A DNA stretch of 61,282 nucleotides from a virus (taxonomy: Duplodnaviria > Caudoviricetes). The stretch lies in IMG/VR virus record IMGVR_UViG_3300033402_000012, positions 1 through 61,282 of that record. One strand, 5' to 3'. The notes beneath the pieces are model-generated. The model ran no database searches. It was given only the letters and a program-made list of their open reading frames with translations, and was not told where the DNA came from. This document shows, piece after piece, positions 56,106 to 61,282 of this stretch; position 1 is the first letter of the stretch; each line of letters begins with the position of its first letter. Made by a program: the position numbers and the translations under genes.

Positions 56106-56366
56106 TTACTTTGACCTTCCAAAAGATTCAATTGCAGACCTTTGCACAAACCAAACATCGGAGTGGAGTTTTTGAGCGTCGGCATAGTCTTTGTTCGACC
56201 ACGCTCCCGTTTCATAAACAATCTTCGGGTTTTCTAGCTGAACAAATGAGTCGTTTACGCCCGTCAATTTACCTGTGTAGAAGTACGCAGAACAAATGAG
56301 TAATACTTGCTCTCCAAGTAAACTGTCCCAACCAACATCTTCAGTTACTTCAATTATCTTCTTCAA
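56106..56366 (-). CDS. Sm/LSm-like small beta-barrel protein
   Basis: LLGEQVLL...[17 protein letters not shown] (Sm1-like) and [11 protein letters not shown] (Sm2-like); probable TTG start after AAGGAG. Confidence 0.55.
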   Translation of the reverse strand: MKKIIEVTEDVGWDSLLGEQVLLICSAYFYTGKLTGVNDSFVQLENPKIVYETGAWSNKDYADAQKLHSDVWFVQRSAIESFGRSK

Positions 56367-56553
56367 AATATTCTCCTTGTGTAAATTTACTGTGAAACTG
56401 TCAACACTTCCTTCGGAAAACTCACAAAATACTTCATCTTCCCATTCGTCAAACTCGTTGACCATCTCACAACGTCATGGTACAAATCTCTCAATGTACG
56501 CCACCGATTGTTGCGAACTTCTTTGTCGTCAAATTCTTCTGTGGTCATAAAGT

Positions 56554-57128
56554 TCATATCAAAACTCCCTGTTGATGTAGGATAAATCTCACAATCTGTA
56601 TTCCAAACCACACTCCCATAGCAGCCGCGCCCACAAACAGCAAAATTGTGAATATCCCTAACAAAATTGCCATCGGAACAAAACGGCGCATATTCATCGG
56701 CATCGGCTCCCTATCCACAATCCTAATAGGAAACAAAAGACTCCATATGCCCAAAGGAGCAATTGATTTTTGTCAATTATTAGCCACGGTTTCATTTACG
56801 CAATCCTTCTCGCGGTCAATTGGTAAAACTTCTGCCGCGCAAACGGAATCAACTCAATGCAAACTCCATATCTCCGCCTGAGCATCCCGTCAATCCACCT
56901 GTCCATGTTCAAATCGTTCGCCCCGGCATGTTTCGCCAATTGTTTCGCGGCCCAAGTTGCATGTCTAATGGCCGAATCCACATTCCTACGCCCAAGTTCA
57001 TTGTGAAACTCCTGCAATGTACAGCCATTCCGCAACCCTGCTCTATATCCACGTTTTAGCATGGCATTCTCCTTAGCCGAGAATTCATCCAGCGCCACTT
57101 GCTTATCCCGGCAAATGACGCTGGTCAA
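56554..57128 (-). other. Two small early ORFs (membrane peptide 56554-56754; 56796-57128)
   Basis: Co-directional ORFs. Confidence 0.5.
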
Positions 57129-57227
57129 TCCTCAACCGGGCTTCATAGCGCCTCACTTTCGCTTTTCAACACAGTTTTCATCGCGGAGTGCCGACTGACT
57201 GCTCAAAAGTCATATCGGCACTCACCA

Positions 57228-57309
57228 ACAACGGCCATCATCAGGCAAGGCATTACCTTGCGGCAAGAGCCACCACGCTCACGACTGATGGCTCTTGTTT
57301 CGGCCTTGT
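57228..57309 (-). ncRNA. Type II hammerhead-like ribozyme B (GCC triplet)
   Basis: ACAAGGCC-GAAA-CAAGAGCCAUCA..UGGUGGCUCUUG-C-C-GCAAGGUAAUGCCUUGC-CUGAUGA-U-GGCCGUUGU. Confidence 0.75.
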
Positions 57310-57323
57310 GCGCCCAAAACCGC

Positions 57324-57635
57324 TTACTTGTTGTACTTCGCAAACAACTCCGCTCGGAGTTCGGGCGTCAAAACGTCAATCGCCTTCTCCGCAGCGTGAG
57401 CCGTTCTCTCCGCGTACACCGTCGGCTCCGCGATGTCCAGAAAGTTCACGCAAAATGTGACCTGCATTCGACCCACTTTCCCATCGGTGCCGGGTACTTC
57501 CACTGCTGGCACATTCAGGTTAATCGTCCGGGTTGTCGCCATCTGCCGACCCTTTGTCCCGTAAGTCTTGAACGTCAAGGCTTCCTTTTCGACGGACTTC
57601 GCTATGTCCGCCAACAGTTCTCTCAAATTGTCCAC
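57324..57635 (-). CDS. 103-aa orphan protein between the two hammerheads
   Basis: AGAGGTG RBS; clean ORF. Confidence 0.7.
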   Translation of the reverse strand: MDNLRELLADIAKSVEKEALTFKTYGTKGRQMATTRTINLNVPAVEVPGTDGKVGRMQVTFCVNFLDIAEPTVYAERTAHAAEKAIDVLTPELRAELFAKYNK

Positions 57636-57695
57636 AAATCACCTCTTTGACCAAATTTACAAGTTCGGGCGGTCACTTCCCAAACAGGATAACCT

Positions 57696-57809
57696 GTGAC
57701 CGTAGTCATCAGGATAGCTGGTAGCTATCTACGAGCGGTTTCAAACTATTGTCGTAAGCACGACTAAGCCACCGCTCGTTTCGACGTTACAACCGTCAAA
57801 TTCGGTCAC
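57696..57809 (-). ncRNA. Type II hammerhead-like ribozyme A (GUA triplet, irregular stem II)
   Basis: GAAA-CGAGCGGU..ACCGCUCG-U-A-GAUAGCUACCAGCUAUC-CUGAUGA. Confidence 0.7.
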
Positions 57810-57949
57810 TTCCCGTGAATCTTGCTACTCCCAACAACCTGTGTGATGTCGTAGCGATTGCCGTGTGGCGAAACATGTAATGCTAAAACAAGCCATTTCA
57901 ACGGTCGTACTTTGCTCTGAACAACCCGAAACGGTGCCATGACTCTCAT
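57806..57949 (-). CDS. 47-aa hypothetical peptide
   Basis: Read manually; GGAG upstream; stops where hammerhead A begins. Confidence 0.4.
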   Translation of the reverse strand: MRVMAPFRVVQSKVRPLKWLVLALHVSPHGNRYDITQVVGSSKIHGK

Positions 57950-58046
57950 GTGATGTCACTCCAATCATCGTCCATTCGGTGCCTCACTTTCACTCCAACG
58001 AAAAGCCGCAGTTTGTATTCAAAGTACTAAGAATCTTAGAATCTTC

Positions 58047-58310
58047 TTACGCGCCCCGTGGTTGACTCAACTCTGCCAATTCCTTCAAGTGGCGCTTAAG
58101 CTTCTTTTGCAATTCACTTTCAGTCAATATCCACCGTGTTCTCATCAGCTTACCCTTGCACTCTCTCATCAATTGCTCAATTTCCTTAGTGACTATCAAC
58201 GACCTAAGTCCAGTCATTTCACCAGATGCAACCAGCCGAGAAATCTGTTGAGACGCCTTTTCAAGCGTGTCCATGTCCTGGTCGTACTGTGCTCTTGAGT
58301 ATAGAGCCAT
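58047..58310 (-). CDS. Hypothetical helical protein
   Basis: GAGGTG RBS. Confidence 0.6.
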   Translation of the reverse strand: MALYSRAQYDQDMDTLEKASQQISRLVASGEMTGLRSLIVTKEIEQLMRECKGKLMRTRWILTESELQKKLKRHLKELAELSQPRGA

Positions 58311-58313
58311 ACG

Positions 58314-58460
58314 TCACCTCACTTGCATCGAAGGTTGAAGCAACCCACGCCTTGCTAATTCAATAGCATAAGCGGCAGCATAGCCTCTTGTGTCTGAACT
58401 GACGTAGTGAAAGAATAAGCAGTAACCGTACCAAACTTGTTTATTTGAGAGCTTTCTCAT
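58314..58460 (-). CDS. 48-aa hypothetical, probably the first early gene
   Basis: Read manually; AAGGAAGGGG upstream. Confidence 0.5.
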   Translation of the reverse strand: MRKLSNKQVWYGYCLFFHYVSSDTRGYAAAYAIELARRGLLQPSMQVR

Positions 58461-58840
58461 ATCTGTTTGGACCCCTTCCTTGTTTAGCGAACAAATAGCG
58501 AATGATTCCCGATGAAATGATACTGCATGTATGATTTGTCGCCTATCAGGGAACGTTCTTTACATGAAATCTGAATCGTGCGGCTCTCACACTAACGAAA
58601 GTCCGCAAATTGTACTAAGCTAGTAGTAAATTACAAAAGATTTAAGAAACTGCTGGCGATGGCGAAGACATAGGAAAGACAGCACCATCCCAAGTTGTAG
58701 ACTCCATTGAGTTTAGGCTTCGGGCCACGGGGCTTTCGGCTATCACACGGTCATGCCCAGACGCGGATATGAAATCAGAATGCCCTGTGTGTCTTTTATA
58801 CCACACTTTGTTGTTAGATAGACACTTTGGGCATAACTTA

Positions 58841-58882
58841 GGGGGGCGGGGGAGGGTGGGTATGTTATTGAGGGGGTGGGGG
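58841..58882 (+). other. G-tract cluster (G-quadruplex motif) in the divergent control region
   Basis: GGGGGG-C-GGGGG-A-GGG-T-GGG then GGGGG-T-GGGGG. Confidence 0.7.
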
Positions 58883-59135
58883 TTAAAGTGCTTAGGAATC
58901 ATATGGTTATAGAATATATGAGTTTAGGACTTAGTTTGAGCAAAAATGGACCCCATATAGACATTCAACTGCTAAAACCTCAAATCTCCGGGTATAAAAA
59001 CATTCAACTCAGGGATATATTTTATGACTTTGGTCAGAATATGAGTAAAAAGTGGGGTTAAGTCCTTTGTTTACGTTCACACCAAAATTTGCAAATTTGA
59101 AAAAAGTTAAGTGGTTTGTTTTGTTAGACATAATT

Positions 59136-59177
59136 TGTGACTTTTTGACCTCCTCAACTGTGCTATACAGTAGAAGC
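59136..59177 (+). promoter_or_regulatory. Conserved promoter-like motif, copy 2 (late operon)
   Basis: TGTGACTTTTTG-ACCTC-CTCAACTGTGCT-ATACAG-TAGAAGC. Confidence 0.75.
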
Positions 59178-59216
59178 TGTATGGGCTTCTTACTGATAGG
59201 CTGAGGAATGGTGTGA

Positions 59217-59699
59217 TTGGACCCTATGGCTAGACCAGAGAAGTTGGAGGAAGGTTTTAGATACTGTAAACGTTGCGACACTACAAAATCACTCTCTGAA
59301 TTTCACCGCGATAAGAATGAATCTGGTGGGCATAAATACACCTGTAAAAGCTGTGGCCGAGCTTATTCCCTCCATTATAGTCGTCAGCATATAGGTAGAC
59401 AAAAAGAAAATAACAAAAGAGTAAGGGATAGGGTTCGAGCAAAAGTTTTAAGTCTCTTAGGGGATAAATGTAAGCATTGTGGTATAACTGATAAGAGGGT
59501 TTTACAAATTGACCATATTGATGGTGGCGGGGCTAAAGAACTTAGAGCTATTGGTAATACTTACAAATACTTAAAATTGATTTTGCAAATGCCAATTTTT
59601 GATGCTCTACAAAAATATCAACTTCTCTGTGCTAACTGTAACTGGATAAAGAAATTCGAGAATAATGAGGGAGTAAATGGGACGCCCCGAACGGCTTGA
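59217..59699 (+). CDS. HNH endonuclease with N-terminal Zn ribbon
   Basis: CKRC..CKSC; CKHCG...LQIDHIDG...LLCANCNW. Confidence 0.85.
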   Translation: MDPMARPEKLEEGFRYCKRCDTTKSLSEFHRDKNESGGHKYTCKSCGRAYSLHYSRQHIGRQKENNKRVRDRVRAKVLSLLGDKCKHCGITDKRVLQIDHIDGGGAKELRAIGNTYKYLKLILQMPIFDALQKYQLLCANCNWIKKFENNEGVNGTPRTA

Positions 59700-60111
59700 G
59701 GACTGGTTGCTTGAGGCTGCGAACATCATGGCCCGGATGGGTGTCTCGCTCAAACAGGCTGCGACCATCCTTAAGCATGAAGTTACCTCAGACGAAGCCA
59801 ATGTGATTCTGCGCCGAGCCTCTTTCAACAGGTTGTTATGGGAAGCTCGGCATCGCTATTTTCAGGAGTTGGGGAATGACCCCCACTTCAACAAGAATGT
59901 GTCTATTGGGAAGCTGCTAGACCTTTCGAGGAAGCTTGAGGAAGAGGGCGAGTATGACAAGGCGAGTGAAGTTTTGTTTAAGATTGCTAAGATGAGTGGG
60001 TGGGTTGGGGTTGAGGGTCAAGTGAATGTGTTTGCGGATTTATCGCAGAGGGATTTAGACCAGATTAGGGATAAGGTGTCTAAAGAGGCTGTGCAGCCAA
60101 AGGTGAACTAA
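59677..60111 (+). CDS. Putative terminase small subunit
   Basis: HTH-like N-terminus, helical, upstream of terL. Confidence 0.6.
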   Translation: MGRPERLEDWLLEAANIMARMGVSLKQAATILKHEVTSDEANVILRRASFNRLLWEARHRYFQELGNDPHFNKNVSIGKLLDLSRKLEEEGEYDKASEVLFKIAKMSGWVGVEGQVNVFADLSQRDLDQIRDKVSKEAVQPKVN

Positions 60112-60318
60112 GTGTCAGACTGTAAAGCTTGTGATGCTGGTGATGCACCAATTCAAGAAGGAAATGGAAGTTGGTGGCATAATTGGCAATATCAAGTTCG
60201 TCCAAAACCACGACCCGGACAATATTATCCATACATGAGAGCGGAACTGATTCGTTGCTCGAATCGAGGGGTGACTAAGTGGAGGCTAGTAAAATTGATG
60301 AAGCTCTCTCAATCTTAA
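60112..60318 (+). CDS. Small hypothetical protein
   Basis: CxxC...H...C; between terS-like and terL. Confidence 0.4.
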   Translation: MSDCKACDAGDAPIQEGNGSWWHNWQYQVRPKPRPGQYYPYMRAELIRCSNRGVTKWRLVKLMKLSQS

Positions 60319-61282
60319 CCAGATTACCGCAAGATGAACAGTTAGCGGCATTAGGAAAGATTGAAGACAATCGTAGAAAACGAAATTACATTCGGTACTT
60401 CGAGCCGTGGTCTGAGCAAGCCTCTGCGCTGAGAAAGTTTACTCCTGATAAGAAACTATTTGGATTGCTCGGTGGGAATAGGTCGGGAAAGACTATCCTT
60501 GGGTCATTCATTGCTATCGCGTGGGCACTTGGTAAAAAGTATTTTAGGGACGAGCCATCTTGGGAGTGGATTAAGGACCTCCCAATACCAGAACCACCGA
60601 ATAATGTGTGGGTTGTAGGATTGGACTTTCCTACTTTGAGGGACGTGATTTGGTACGAAAAGCTTCGGCATGGGAAGGTCCATCCTCCTTTCCTACCGAA
60701 TGATGCTTCTGTGCGGAAGGTAAGTGACGCGGACTATCAGGTTTTCTTTGAGAACGGTTCACTCCTGACCTGTAAGAGCGCGGATTCGGGGCGTGAGAAG
60801 TTTCAGGGCGCATCAGTTGATTTGATATGGATTGACGAAGAGTGCGACGAATCGGTGTATGATGAATGCTTCCAGCGTACACTTGATTGTAGCGGACGGA
60901 TTCTGTTAACTCTCACGCCCTTGACCGACATTAACTCAGGGGTGAGAACACCTTGGGTTTATGACTTGTATGAGGATTGGAAACTTGGACAAAAAGATTT
61001 GGAGTTCTGCCAGCTTTCCACAATTAACTCACCGTTTATACCAGAGTTGGAAAAGGAGAGGCTAATTGCTAAGTGGAAGGGAAGTCCAGAGGAGTCTGCA
61101 CGATTGTACGGTGGATTTGTGCGGCGAAGCGGTCTTGTCTATGAGACTTGGAGTCATGCAGTCCATGTCGTTAGACCTTTCCCGATACCTAATCACTGGC
61201 AACGTATTGTATCTATTGACCCTGCTGCGACGGGGGTTACGGCGGCAATCTGGTTAGCGGTAGATGATAAGAGTAATTTGTG
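60279..61282 (+). CDS. terL: Terminase large subunit, ATPase part (about 507 aa in total with 128-647)
   Basis: Manual translation from GTG 60279: GGNRSGKT Walker A, FQGASVDLIWIDEE Walker B, LTLTP. Confidence 0.92.
   Translation, partial: MEASKIDEALSILTRLPQDEQLAALGKIEDNRRKRNYIRYFEPWSEQASALRKFTPDKKLFGLLGGNRSGKTILGSFIAIAWALGKKYFRDEPSWEWIKDLPIPEPPNNVWVVGLDFPTLRDVIWYEKLRHGKVHPPFLPNDASVRKVSDADYQVFFENGSLLTCKSADSGREKFQGASVDLIWIDEECDESVYDECFQRTLDCSGRILLTLTPLTDINSGVRTPWVYDLYEDWKLGQKDLEFCQLSTINSPFIPELEKERLIAKWKGSPEESARLYGGFVRRSGLVYETWSHAVHVVRPFPIPNHWQRIVSIDPAATGVTAAIWLAVDDKSNL

Noticed and set aside
55823-56221. Poly-GV, poly-TP, poly-HS and Leu-rich ORFs over the hexamer repeat
   Set aside because: The repeat opens several frames by construction; these overlap the Sm-like gene or run antisense and lack good RBSs (not fully excluded)
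61156-61282. 127-bp direct terminal repeat as a biological terminus
   Set aside because: It lies inside terL and its length matches a common assembler k-mer; best read as a circular-assembly overlap

Overview
The window is a complete, circularly assembled genome of a tailed dsDNA phage (about 61,155 bp). Bases 1-127 equal 61156-61282, and the terminase large subunit runs across that junction. The + strand arm (59.2 kb through the junction to 32.3 kb) carries an HNH nuclease, terminase, accessory genes (secreted serine protease, histidine phosphatase, two glycosyltransferases), portal, fibre-like proteins, scaffold, N4-gp56-like capsid, a Tlde1/DUF2778 lysis cassette, podovirus-type tail and ejection proteins, and a 2173-aa polyvalent protein. 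The - strand arm (58.5 to 32 kb) carries small early genes, two phiEco32-like COOH-NH2 ligases with a class II amidotransferase and an ATP-grasp protein, an ECF-type sigma factor, a recombination trio, a UDG-fused PolA, a helicase, nucleotide hydrolases and RlpA. The most notable unexplained signal is RNA-based. Two type II hammerhead-like ribozymes bracket a single orphan ORF at the start of the early arm. Nearby are an Sm/LSm-like gene paired with an (R/G/W)S-repeat peptide, two large highly structured intergenic RNAs (about 590 and 220 nt) and an initiator-like tRNA. A 42-bp promoter-like motif is shared by the replication and late operons. All protein calls come from motif recognition and all RNA folds were done by eye; no database search was run and the host cannot be determined from the sequence.
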